Source: Nanobdellota archaeon (GTDB lineage Archaea; Nanobdellota; Nanobdellia; Pacearchaeales; GW2011-AR1). From it: 50,631 nt of DNA. Positions 26,601 through 34,711 of the stretch are shown here, in pieces. The stretch covers positions 1-50,631 of the forward strand of contig JAUSIC010000010.1 of NCBI GenBank assembly GCA_030648285.1. The letters run 5' to 3'. Numbering within the stretch: the stretch's first letter is position 1; each line of letters begins with the position of its first letter. Under the pieces are notes generated by a model, which saw nothing but the letters and a program-made list of their open reading frames with translations, did no database searches and was not told the DNA's origin. Position numbers and translations under genes: made by a program.

Positions 26601-26715
26601 AATTGTTGTTGTTGGAATTTTGATTTCTTTTTTAGTGCAGAGAATGCCTAAGAGGAAGAAGGATATGACTACACATTCTATCTCTAATTATTTTAGAAGA
26701 ATTGGAAAGAGATAA
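23602..26715 (+). CDS. giant repeat-rich, sequon-rich surface protein (YVTN-like β-propeller repeats, PGF-pre-PGF-like domain, Cys-rich module, C-terminal TM anchor)
   Basis: N-terminal signal/TM (LRLGVILLFGLFLFLIGFV). About 15 units of ~45 aa: DSxNNLIYLxGxNGxFGVYNRTSNxTENLNxTDxGxW. Then a ...SPGFSKFLIF block, CIPAEKRCVENEVQFCLGNKKWLVSEVCDYKCVNGAC, the TM PIIGIVVVGILISFLV and a basic tail. Confidence 0.9.
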   Translation: MRGEMKKLRLGVILLFGLFLFLIGFVSFINRVNITSFVIDVPTNITTESQQHSWLGNKTIQSAELDSTHNLIYFVGGNGLFGFYNITSNTTTDLSGTDNENWIGNQEIRSLAVDSTNDLVYLLGYKYTCGSVLGNNLFGVYNRTSNITENLNTTDNGDWLGPNPQIGGIVVDSSTHLAYFRGISGFFGVYNRTSNTSENLNVTLNGFTGSLCEIIINQNNNLIYLGGGNGAFGAYNRTSNVTENLTMTSSFPNFGARNILSFCIDSSNNLIYLTGSGAGVSTLFSVYNVSKNVTENLNMTGDVIPSAQGSMNDCVFDSNNKLVYIIGAWSAFGVYNRTSNTTENLNKTDTGNWIGAITNNLVFDSNRSLIYLSSNTNSYEFGVYNRTSNVTENLNDSDTGDWLGTNDVNEVIFNSNNKLLYFVGTNGVFGAYNRTLNKSDDLNLPNDWFRFNAVKTIVFNSLNNLIYLGGVNGRFGTYNYSLNEKQDLRNTDPSGCFYSKTISEMTHDSTNNLIYLAGSSFLCSFNISSNITEDLRHVDGTDLIVDVGISSLTFDTLNSLVYYNRGTTSSGFFSYNVSANTTENLAQTDSGGWLTTVTNDMTFDSTNNLIYLVGNTGQFGVYNVSKNETENLNKTDSDDWIKTTNLLGVTYDSSNRLIYLDGANGAFGVYNRDSNQTENLNLTDTGNWVNNLALNEITFDNNSNLVYFVGYFGAFGVYNRTSNVTEDLRGTDSGDWIGNTTLNIVSYSSRNNLVYIGGEVGLFGVYNRTSNSTTEAASVVGEVTSPRGSSSPPSQTTIIPSITLGTPAIIEITSSSSSIRTIKINAKNNMSNVTLTLSRTNISDADFQVIAGGRRGESYEAYNINFTGNNSDIANVTIGFRVNKTWLIKTGFTTSNIALYRELTNSTRWKTLATTFLSEDLVYYYFSAVSPGFSKFLIFIGEDECIPAEKRCVENEVQFCLGNKKWLVSEVCDYKCVNGACVEKGLQVNLNPLVVYPIIGIVVVGILISFLVQRMPKRKKDMTTHSISNYFRRIGKR

Positions 26716-26759
26716 TTCTTTACAATAATCCTTATTAATCAAATCCTGTTTTTTCTTTC

Positions 26760-27494
26760 ATGCAAAATACAGAAAAAGTATCAACAGGAAGTTATGACCT
26801 GAATAAATGGCTTTATGGGGGTTATGAAAAAGATGTCATAACTATGATTGTTGGGCCTGCGGGAAGTGGAAAAACAAACTTTACTATCTTAACTGCATGC
26901 AGTCAGGCAAAAAAAGGAGATAAAGTTATTTTTATAGATTCTGAAGGAGGTTTTAGTGTTGAAAGAGTAAAACAGATTGTTGGAGAGAATTATGAAGAAG
27001 TTTTGAAAAACATCTTATTGTTAGAACCAACTAATTTTAATGAACAAAGGAAAAATTTTTCTGATTTGCTTGATAGGTTAAAAAAAGAACAAATTGGAAT
27101 GATTGTAATTGACGGAATGGCAACACTTTACAGATTAGAATTAGGAGAAGCAATAACTTCTAATGATGAAAAAAAGATTCAAGAAGTCAATAGGAATATT
27201 GCAGAACAGATGAGAATTCTTTCTGAAATTTCAAGAAAAAAGAGAATTCCGATTATTATTACTAATCAAGTTTATTTCGGATTTTTGTCTGAAGAAGATT
27301 GGAAAAAAGGAGTGAAGAGACAAACAAATTTTGTAGGAGGCGATTTATTCAAATATTGGAGCAAGTGCATTATTGAATTGGAAAATGAAAACAGGAAAAG
27401 AAAAGCGATTTTAATAAAACATAGAAGTCTGCCTCAAAAAGAAATTGGATTTGAAATAAAAAATGAGGGAATTTTTAAGAAGGGATGGATATAA
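26760..27494 (+). CDS. radB: RadB-type RecA/RadA paralog
   Basis: Walker A GPAGSGKTNF, Walker B MIVIDGM, 244 aa, and no N-terminal HhH domain. Confidence 0.75.
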   Translation: MQNTEKVSTGSYDLNKWLYGGYEKDVITMIVGPAGSGKTNFTILTACSQAKKGDKVIFIDSEGGFSVERVKQIVGENYEEVLKNILLLEPTNFNEQRKNFSDLLDRLKKEQIGMIVIDGMATLYRLELGEAITSNDEKKIQEVNRNIAEQMRILSEISRKKRIPIIITNQVYFGFLSEEDWKKGVKRQTNFVGGDLFKYWSKCIIELENENRKRKAILIKHRSLPQKEIGFEIKNEGIFKKGWI

Positions 27495-27538
27495 ATTAGT
27501 ATAATAATATTTTAATAGTTTGAATTTTTTAGAGTTTC

Positions 27539-27943
27539 ATGAAGAGAACTACTCTTAATACTCAAGATACAAGATTGGCAACAATATTAGCAGGAGTTAA
27601 TGTTGCTCTTGGAAAAAGATATCTTTCACAACCTCTTAGTTTTCAAGAAAAAAGATGCTTAAGAAAATTATCTGGTTATATTGAGATTGCCGAGTTAGCA
27701 TTGGGTATAAATTATACTCGGTGGACAAACCCCCAAGAGTTAGAACAAGAAAGACGTTTAAAATGTCTTAAATATACTATCCCTGCAGATAATTCAAGAG
27801 AATTAATTGCTCATATGAAAGGTTTAGTTAGTAATATTAATGATGGCAATTTAACTAGAGAATATGTAGACAAATATCAAGCAATTTTAAGTTCTGCATC
27901 AACAAAATTAATGAAAGATTTGAGAGTTAGAGAAGCCCTTTGA
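27539..27943 (+). CDS. hypothetical protein (GC-richer orphan)
   Basis: 134-aa ORF with no family recognised. Confidence 0.5.
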   Translation: MKRTTLNTQDTRLATILAGVNVALGKRYLSQPLSFQEKRCLRKLSGYIEIAELALGINYTRWTNPQELEQERRLKCLKYTIPADNSRELIAHMKGLVSNINDGNLTREYVDKYQAILSSASTKLMKDLRVREAL

Positions 27944-28000
27944 TGATGACTGATTAGTGATTATACAATAATATAAACTTTTGATATTTTCCTTCTTAAT

Positions 28001-28060
28001 GACAGAAATAGGAAATTTCAGCACAAATACAAAATCGGCATGGAGGTATTTTGCATAATG
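28001..28060 (+). promoter_or_regulatory. L-motif 5' leader, copy E
   Basis: gacagaaataggaaatttcagcacaaatacaaaatcggcatggaggtattttgcataATG. TATA aataatataaac lies 23 nt upstream. Confidence 0.7.
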
Positions 28061-29263
28061 AACGATAGTATAAAGTTCGAAACAATCAAGAAAATATCTG
28101 AAGTGCGTTTTAAATATAGGGATTTTGGGAAGATTTCGCATTTAGATAGCAGTTCTCCTCCAAGTGTTTTTATTGGGAGCAAATTAAGATATCCTTTAGT
28201 TAATGTTGGAATAATAAGTCCATTAGAGAGAGATGATAATGCATGGATTTATGATGACGCGCAATATTGGGCTGAGAATGATTTTGGAATTAATGATGTT
28301 ATAAATTTAAGAAATAGTTTGTTAAATTCAAGATTTCAATCACAAGTTACAGATACAAGAACAAGCAAGAAATTTGTTGAAATAGCACAAGAGATTGCAA
28401 CTGCTTCAAAACCTGTTGATGTTGAAATTGAATTAAAAAACAGATTAAATCTTGATAGGAAAAAAGACAGGGTTTTAATGCATCAAGGAATGAGAGGAAA
28501 TTTGAAACAGGCGAAAATAACAAGCAACGTCAAAGTAGACAGAAGAGTTGACAAGGTTATTAATGATGAAATAAAAGCAACAGAGGGAATGCAATATCTT
28601 TTCAAGAATAATTTTTCAGAATACACGTTGGCTAAGATTCTAAGTGTTGGAGTTTTAGGATTAAAGAAAAATAAAAGACTTGTTCCAACAAGATGGAGCA
28701 TAACAGCAACAGATGATACTCTTGGAAAAAATCTTTTAAAACAAGTAAGAGATTACAGATGGATTGAGGATTATGAATTGTTTTTTGGAGAGTTTTTAGG
28801 AAATTGCTATTTGATTATGCTTTTTCCAAATGTTTGGAGTTATGAATTATTTGAATTATATTTACCAAGAAGTTCATGGAACCCAAGCCAAGAAGTAAAA
28901 GCATCAACTGATTATGAGAATTATTATGGAAGAAAAGATTATGCTTCAAATTGTGTTGGGGGTTATTATGCTTCAAGACTTCCAATCATACAGCATTTGA
29001 ATAATATAAAAAGACAAGCAGGTGTTTTAGTCATAAGAATTGAAACTCCTTCTTATTGGGCTGCTTTAGGAGTTTGGGTTGTCAGAGAAAGCGTAAAGAA
29101 AGCGTTGAAGAAAAACATGAAATTTGACAGTCAAGAAGAACTGATAAACAGTGTTAAAAAAATAGGACAGATTAAATTCAGTTTTGATGTTTCACAAATA
29201 TTAGATAAAAGTTTATTGCTTAAGCAGATTAAGACACAGAAGAATTTAGGGATGTGGATGTAA
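28058..29263 (+). CDS. conserved archaeal protein, possibly Nre-family (DUF650/DUF651-like), with C-terminal PIP-box-like motif
   Basis: The C-terminus TQKNLGMWM fits QxxLxx[FYW]x. The family call is from memory of Nre architecture only. The start is set at the ATG that ends the L-motif; the ORF-track start at 28040 adds MEVFCI. Confidence 0.6.
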   Translation: MNDSIKFETIKKISEVRFKYRDFGKISHLDSSSPPSVFIGSKLRYPLVNVGIISPLERDDNAWIYDDAQYWAENDFGINDVINLRNSLLNSRFQSQVTDTRTSKKFVEIAQEIATASKPVDVEIELKNRLNLDRKKDRVLMHQGMRGNLKQAKITSNVKVDRRVDKVINDEIKATEGMQYLFKNNFSEYTLAKILSVGVLGLKKNKRLVPTRWSITATDDTLGKNLLKQVRDYRWIEDYELFFGEFLGNCYLIMLFPNVWSYELFELYLPRSSWNPSQEVKASTDYENYYGRKDYASNCVGGYYASRLPIIQHLNNIKRQAGVLVIRIETPSYWAALGVWVVRESVKKALKKNMKFDSQEELINSVKKIGQIKFSFDVSQILDKSLLLKQIKTQKNLGMWM

Positions 29264-29572
29264 ATGAAAAATAAAAAACAAGTGTCTATATTTCTTTTGG
29301 ATGAAAATAAAAAACAAATTATTAAAATAGAAATTTTACAAATCGACGAGAACAAAATAGAACCAATTTTAAATAAGATGCCAAGAAACCCCTTTGATGA
29401 AGGATGGTTTAAATTATTTAAAAGTAATTTAGAAAAAGAATTTGAATTAATTGGGGGTGTTGGTATAAACATAGAAATATTATCCATTGTTGAAGAAAAA
29501 AATGGTACCTTTATTACTGGTTGGGAAATTAATATTTTAGGAGAATCCCCTTTGAATAAATATATTCCTTAA
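29264..29572 (+). CDS. hypothetical protein
   Basis: 102-aa ORF starting immediately after the upstream stop (taaATG). No family recognised. Confidence 0.5.
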   Translation: MKNKKQVSIFLLDENKKQIIKIEILQIDENKIEPILNKMPRNPFDEGWFKLFKSNLEKEFELIGGVGINIEILSIVEEKNGTFITGWEINILGESPLNKYIP

Positions 29573-29579
29573 TTAATAA

Positions 29580-30080
29580 TTATTTTTTAAATAGTTCCTT
29601 TTTCAGTTGTCTTAATATTTCCTCTATCTTAAAATATTCATTGAAAAATTCCATTCCAAATTTATCATTTAATATTATCTCTTTTTTCTTATTATCAAAA
29701 GGATAAATAATACCAATATCTTCAGTTCCTTCATCTCTAAATGGGTGTATATGAGCTATTGCATTTCTTATTTCTCTAATATAACGAATTCTTTTTATAA
29801 AATCTTTTTTATTCTTGATTAAATCATACTCTCCTTTTGAGGTGTAGTATATAACTTTTATCTCTTTTATCTCTTCAAGAATTTTCTCAAAAACATTTAT
29901 CTTTTGTTCAAATGTAAAAAATTCTTTTCTTACTATTAACTCAGAAAATTTTAATTTTTTATTATCTTCTTTAACAAAATAGTCTCGGATAAAATCTTCG
30001 AGTTGCATCTCAATTATTATTGCATAGTTTAGAATTCTACTACGCACATTATGTGCTGTTTCCACAACATCTTTTTCCAT
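29580..30080 (-). CDS. HEPN-domain protein (putative RNase/abortive-infection-like)
   Basis: Helical 166-aa protein with YIREIRNAIAHIHPF, i.e. the Rx4H (RNxxxH) HEPN catalytic motif. Confidence 0.6.
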   Translation of the reverse strand: MEKDVVETAHNVRSRILNYAIIIEMQLEDFIRDYFVKEDNKKLKFSELIVRKEFFTFEQKINVFEKILEEIKEIKVIYYTSKGEYDLIKNKKDFIKRIRYIREIRNAIAHIHPFRDEGTEDIGIIYPFDNKKKEIILNDKFGMEFFNEYFKIEEILRQLKKELFKK

Positions 30081-30111
30081 TTTTATTATTCTTGTAAAAA
30101 TGTATTCTTTT

Positions 30112-32448
30112 TTATTTTTCTTCTTCTTTCTCTTTCTTTTCTCTATATTCCTCTAATCTCTTCTTATTTGTTTCGCAGTCTTTATTGAAACAAAATTCCC
30201 AAGGACGTTTTCCTTTTGTAAGCCTGATTAACATGGGGAAACCACACTTTTCACAAACCTTGTCTGTTCTTTTTATCAAGCCGTTTGGCGGGAGAGAATA
30301 AGTTGTTTTACAATTAGGGTAAGCATCACAAGCAACAAATTGTCTTCTTGTTTTCTTGGAATACCTTATTGCTAAATTTCCTTTCTTGCACACAGGACAT
30401 TGGTTCAATTTATTTTCTTCTCTTTCTCTTTCATATGATTGAGTAGTTGCCTGAACTAATTCTCCCCCGATTTCTTTTTCATTCTTTTCAAATTGATTTG
30501 CTATTTCTGTTATTGTTTTTTTTGCTTCATCAACAATTCTTTCTTCTTTTTTTAGAAAATCTTTTTTTGCTTCAATTATTGAATCCATTTCTTTTTCAAA
30601 ATGCCTTGTTAATTGCTCATCAATAATAACAGGAGAATGTTTCTCTAAAGTAGAAATTAAAGAAATTCCTAATGGTGTTGCTTCAATGCTCTTGTCCTTT
30701 ACATATCCTCTATCAAAAAGAGTTTCAACTATTGATGCTCTTGTTGCCTTTGTTCCTAAATTTCTTTTTTCTAATTCAGAAACTATTGAAGCAGGAGAAA
30801 AACGCTTTGGAGGCTGGGTTTCTTTTTCTTCATTTCTCACTTTTGTTATTTTTACTTTTCCGTTAATGTCGGGGATATCAACTTCCTTTATTTTAATTGG
30901 ATAAATTTCCATCCATGCTTTCTTTTTTATTTCAGAACCCCTTGTTGAGAAATTCAAATTATCAACTTCAACATTGATTGTTTTATTATCAACAATAGCA
31001 TCTTCACAAAACAAGGAGAGAAATCTTTTTACAATCAAATTATAAATTTTTTCTTCTTCTGAAGAAAGTGCTTCTGGATTATTTCCGGTGGGATAAATTG
31101 AAGGATGTGCGGGGTCTGATTTTTTTCCTTCTATTGGTTTTAATCTTTTGATTAATCTTTCTGCCTTGTATTGTCTTGATAGTTTGTCTAAAATTTCTTT
31201 GTAACTGATTGAATCAGGAAGTTTCTGGCTTGATGTTCTTGGGTAAGAAATTAATCCATTCAAATAGAGAGACTGTGCAATCTGAAGAGTTCTTGCAGGG
31301 GTTATTCCATGCAATCTATATGCTTCCATTTGCAATTCTGTTAAGTTAAAAGGAGGATTTGGCTGGAGAATTTGCTGTTTTTTTGTTGTTCTTGCTTCTC
31401 CTGTTTTTCCTGCAAGATTTTCAAATTTCTTTAGTTCTGGCTTGTTGAAAATATCTTTTGTATATTTTAATTCTAAATCTGGATAATTTTCAAGACTGAT
31501 GAAAACCTGCCAGTATTTCTGAGATTTGAAAGATTGAATTTGCCTTTCTTTTTGAACAATAAGATTTAATGCAGGACCTTGCACTCTTCCTATTGACATT
31601 ATTCTAAACTTCCCTGTGCTTTTTATTGCATTCATTAATGCCCTTGAAAGATTTATACCATAAAACCAATCTAAGTAATGCCTTGTTTCTCCTGCTATTG
31701 CCTGCCCCCAGTTTAATGTTGGAGATTTTTTTTCATATGATTCGTTTAATTCATTAGGAGTAAGAGTTGAGAACTTCATTCTGTTTGCATCTTTTTGGTT
31801 GCAGATATATTTTACAACATTTAATCCAATAACTTCTCCTTCAATATCATAATCTGTTGCTATTGTAATGCTCCCTGCATTTTTTGCTAATTTTAATATA
31901 ATATCATAATACTTCTTTGTGAAGTCTTTTTTTCTAACTAAAAAATTAGGAAGCCATTGAATATCAAAGACAGGAATATTTGAACCTGATTTTGTCTGAC
32001 TTAGAGTGAACAGATGTCCTACTGCACAGGCAACAACTATTTCTTTTCCATTTTTATTTAGTTCAAAGTAAGAAACTCCTCCTAAATTTCTTTGAGTTGA
32101 TTTTCCTAATGCAGAAGCAATTTTTGCTGCTGCCTGAGGTTTCTCTGTTATAATCAGTTCATAACCATTTTTTCGAAGATTTATTTCTTGGGGAGAAAAA
32201 GAAATTTCACTTTTTTTTCTTGTGAACTTTTTATTTGGACTTTTTTTTGAATATGATTTTTTAGAACTGATTTTTCTTGGTTTGCCTTTTCTAGGTTTTA
32301 TTGTCTTCTTTCCATTTGAGATTATTTCTATGATTTCCTCTTTTTCTTTCACAGATTTTTCTATTGCATATTTCAGATTTTCTTCACTGACAGGAAAATA
32401 ATTCTCTGCACTTCTTTCTGCACTTGTTTTTTTCGGCTTGTGACGCAT
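30112..32448 (-). CDS. topA: type IA DNA topoisomerase (Topo I/III) with Lys-rich N-terminal extension and C-terminal zinc ribbons
   Basis: Toprim ELIITEKPQAAAKIASALG, DYDIEGE, catalytic-Tyr region LISYPRTSSQKLP, C-terminal CPVCKKG...CDAYPNC and CEKCG. Confidence 0.95.
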   Translation of the reverse strand: MRHKPKKTSAERSAENYFPVSEENLKYAIEKSVKEKEEIIEIISNGKKTIKPRKGKPRKISSKKSYSKKSPNKKFTRKKSEISFSPQEINLRKNGYELIITEKPQAAAKIASALGKSTQRNLGGVSYFELNKNGKEIVVACAVGHLFTLSQTKSGSNIPVFDIQWLPNFLVRKKDFTKKYYDIILKLAKNAGSITIATDYDIEGEVIGLNVVKYICNQKDANRMKFSTLTPNELNESYEKKSPTLNWGQAIAGETRHYLDWFYGINLSRALMNAIKSTGKFRIMSIGRVQGPALNLIVQKERQIQSFKSQKYWQVFISLENYPDLELKYTKDIFNKPELKKFENLAGKTGEARTTKKQQILQPNPPFNLTELQMEAYRLHGITPARTLQIAQSLYLNGLISYPRTSSQKLPDSISYKEILDKLSRQYKAERLIKRLKPIEGKKSDPAHPSIYPTGNNPEALSSEEEKIYNLIVKRFLSLFCEDAIVDNKTINVEVDNLNFSTRGSEIKKKAWMEIYPIKIKEVDIPDINGKVKITKVRNEEKETQPPKRFSPASIVSELEKRNLGTKATRASIVETLFDRGYVKDKSIEATPLGISLISTLEKHSPVIIDEQLTRHFEKEMDSIIEAKKDFLKKEERIVDEAKKTITEIANQFEKNEKEIGGELVQATTQSYEREREENKLNQCPVCKKGNLAIRYSKKTRRQFVACDAYPNCKTTYSLPPNGLIKRTDKVCEKCGFPMLIRLTKGKRPWEFCFNKDCETNKKRLEEYREKKEKEEEK

Positions 32449-32504
32449 TTTATAAAGGGAATGTTAGAAGTATATAAATTTTGTTTAAAAATTTGCTAAG
32501 AGGA

Positions 32505-32642
32505 GATGATTGCTTCGAAATCGACTTCGTCAGATTTCTTCACTTAGGAAAAGATAATTTGTAATACCTTAACTCTTGGTTAATTATAAACGATTAATCT
32601 TATTTAAAACATCTACAAAAGGCTTCAATTCTCATATTAAAA
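32505..32642 (-). repeat. Intergenic repeat family R, copy R7 (subfamily A) with distal GAC-GAA-GUC hairpin
   Basis: Reverse strand reads ttaatatgagaattgaagccttttgtagatgttttaaataagattaatcgttta...ccaagagttaaggtattacaaattatctttt...gaaatc-t-gac-gaa-gtc-gatttc (hairpin 32517-32538). Confidence 0.65.
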
Positions 32643-32680
32643 TTTATTATTAATCTTTGAGCAATTTATTGCGAAACTAT

Positions 32681-33292
32681 CTATATCTCAAAAATCTTTT
32701 CTTTTCTTGTGACGTTTATTACTCTGGTTTTTCCCATTTTTTCTTCAACTCCCCCTGCTTCATGAATATGAGCATGAATCAAAATGTCTGGCTGAAATTC
32801 TTTTATTGCTTTTTTTATTGAAAGACTTCCTGGAAATCCAGAAAACTCTGATTTGCTTCCTCTTGGATGCATGTGGGTAACCATTATTTGTTTTTCCTGT
32901 CCTTTAACTTTTTCATGTCCTCTTTTCAATAATTTAAATATTTCAGACTCTGATGTCATGTGAGGGCCTATTTCTGCTCCTCCTGCGCCAAAAATACCCA
33001 GATTATTCTTGGAAAAAGCATAACCATGAATATTTGTTGTGTTATCATACATTTCTGCAAGAAAATCTGTTGTTGCAACAGATTCATGATTTCCAGGAAT
33101 TATTAGTACTTGTTTTTTTGCTTTGATAAACGGGCCGATTATATTTTTTATTGATTGTTCTGCAAAAGTCAAATCTCCTGCAAGAATAACTAAGTCAACA
33201 TTTTCTTTTACTGCTTTTTCAGCGAGTCTTTTAACTAATCCAGTATCTCCATGAATGTCTCCCACTGCAAGGATTTTTGTTTTCTTTTCCAT
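32681..33292 (-). CDS. calcineurin-like metallophosphoesterase
   Basis: GDIHGD, GDLT, GNHE and HAHIHEAGG motifs. Confidence 0.9.
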   Translation of the reverse strand: MEKKTKILAVGDIHGDTGLVKRLAEKAVKENVDLVILAGDLTFAEQSIKNIIGPFIKAKKQVLIIPGNHESVATTDFLAEMYDNTTNIHGYAFSKNNLGIFGAGGAEIGPHMTSESEIFKLLKRGHEKVKGQEKQIMVTHMHPRGSKSEFSGFPGSLSIKKAIKEFQPDILIHAHIHEAGGVEEKMGKTRVINVTRKEKIFEI

Positions 33293-33367
33293 AATTTAAA
33301 AGAATTTTGTTAGTTAATAAATTTTATTGAAAGATAAATTTAAAAACTATATTAGCTATTATTTATT

Positions 33368-33598
33368 ATGGCAATGGGATGGGGTGAACTTGTTTTTGGA
33401 AGCATATTTGCGGCTTTAATATTTATTGCTATCGGAATTTTTTCACTTGTATTTTGGATTATGATGCTTGTTGACTCTATCCAGAGAAAATTTAAGAAAA
33501 GTGATGAAAGAATAATCTGGGTAATTGTGATTGTTCTTACAGGAGTAATAGGAGCACTTATCTATTACTTTGTTGTGAAAAAGAAAGCTAAAAAATAA
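33368..33598 (+). CDS. small membrane protein, PLD-nuclease N-terminal (PLDc_N)-like
   Basis: Two TM helices; MLVDSIQRKF...ERIIWVIVIVLTGVIGALIYYF pattern. Confidence 0.6.
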   Translation: MAMGWGELVFGSIFAALIFIAIGIFSLVFWIMMLVDSIQRKFKKSDERIIWVIVIVLTGVIGALIYYFVVKKKAKK

Positions 33599-33675
33599 TT
33601 CTCTATATCGTGAAATATACTTTACGAAACATTTAAAAGTATGATACTTTCTCAATATATACATTGGAAATTAAA

Positions 33676-33942
33676 ATGAAAGATAACTTTGATATCTTTT
33701 TCCGAAGAAAGCCTGCTTTAATGCTGGTATCTTTGAAAAAGAATACAAGGATGAGGTATGGAAGTATTTTAGCAAAAGAAGTTGATTGCACATATAGCCA
33801 TGCTGTGAAAATCCTTCAGACATTGGAAGCTTTGAAGTTAGTTGGTTTTGAAAAAAGGGGGCGAATTAAAGTAATAAAGCTTACCAAGAAGGGTGTTGAA
33901 GTCGCAGATGCTATTGAGAACATTAGAGCACTTATAAAATAA
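33676..33942 (+). CDS. winged-helix transcriptional regulator
   Basis: YGSILAKEVDCTYSHAVKILQTLEALKLVGFEKRGRIKVIKLTKKG. ATG at 33676; the ORF track starts at a TTG at 33664. Confidence 0.65.
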   Translation: MKDNFDIFFRRKPALMLVSLKKNTRMRYGSILAKEVDCTYSHAVKILQTLEALKLVGFEKRGRIKVIKLTKKGVEVADAIENIRALIK

Positions 33943-34001
33943 GTTTCTATGCCCCTGAATTGTTGAATGAACGAAACAAATAAAAGTTTATTTTTTTATA
34001 A

Positions 34002-34331
34002 TTATAAGTTTGGATTAGGTTCTCTAGATCTTTTTACAACTTCAGCTACATCTTTTGCTACTTGAAGCCCCATCATTCCTTCTAATTTAGCACGCTGATG
34101 GTTTAAATCCATTTCTTTTATCCTTAGCACTAATGTATCTCCTGCAGTTTGCGCTTCTTCTTCTGTTGTATAAGGGGTGTGGGGAAGAGTGCTTACAATT
34201 TCTGTGTGGATTTCTCTTTCTCTCATTAAATATACAACGAATCCATAGCTTGTCTTTTTTTCATCAGAATAAACTACAACAGAAGTCTCATTCCCTTGAA
34301 TTGCTAATAAACTCCATAATGAAATTCCCAT
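34002..34331 (-). CDS. hypothetical protein (GC-richer orphan)
   Basis: 109-aa ORF with no family recognised. Confidence 0.5.
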   Translation of the reverse strand: MGISLWSLLAIQGNETSVVVYSDEKKTSYGFVVYLMREREIHTEIVSTLPHTPYTTEEEAQTAGDTLVLRIKEMDLNHQRAKLEGMMGLQVAKDVAEVVKRSREPNPNL

Positions 34332-34402
34332 GTTTTTAGATATTTGAATAGTTTATAATAATTATTGTAAAAATTTATAAGATTTAGTTTCTTATTTGCA
34401 GT

Positions 34403-34597
34403 ATGGTACTTCAGTACAAACTAAAAAAAGAGAAGAGGTGGAAAAAATATCCTGGAAAAGACAAGTTAGAATTTCCTGTTTCTAAATATGATTTCAGATT
34501 GTTAAATAGTTCTAAAACAAAAGTTTTGGTTGATAAAGCGAGTTATAACAAAGTGATGAAAAGGTTCAGGGCAATTGAGTTCTTTAAGAGGAGATAG
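34403..34597 (+). CDS. small basic hypothetical protein
   Basis: 64-aa Lys/Arg-rich ORF, divergent from 34002-34331. Confidence 0.4.
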   Translation: MVLQYKLKKEKRWKKYPGKDKLEFPVSKYDFRLLNSSKTKVLVDKASYNKVMKRFRAIEFFKRR

Positions 34598-34635
34598 ATA
34601 ACCTTTTTAACATATATTTCTAATATTTTTATATC

Positions 34636-34710
34636 GGCTCTGTAGCTCAGCCTGGTTAGAGCACCGGACTCTTAATCCGGGTGTCGAGGGTTCAAATCCC
34701 TTCAGGGCCA
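34636..34710 (+). tRNA. tRNA-Lys (anticodon CTT)
   Basis: Acceptor GGCTCTG/CAGGGCC, D arm GCTC-AGCCTGGTTA-GAGC, anticodon arm CCGGA-CTCTTAA-TCCGG, T arm GAGGG-TTCAAAT-CCCTT, discriminator A. Confidence 0.93.
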
Positions 34711-34711
34711 T

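Noticed and set aside
23602-26715. Regularly recurring ~135-nt DNA repeats considered as a possible CRISPR-like or satellite array
   Set aside because: The repeats are in frame and encode the ~45-aa protein repeat of one long ORF with signal peptide and anchor. There are no unique spacers. No CRISPR array is present anywhere in the window.
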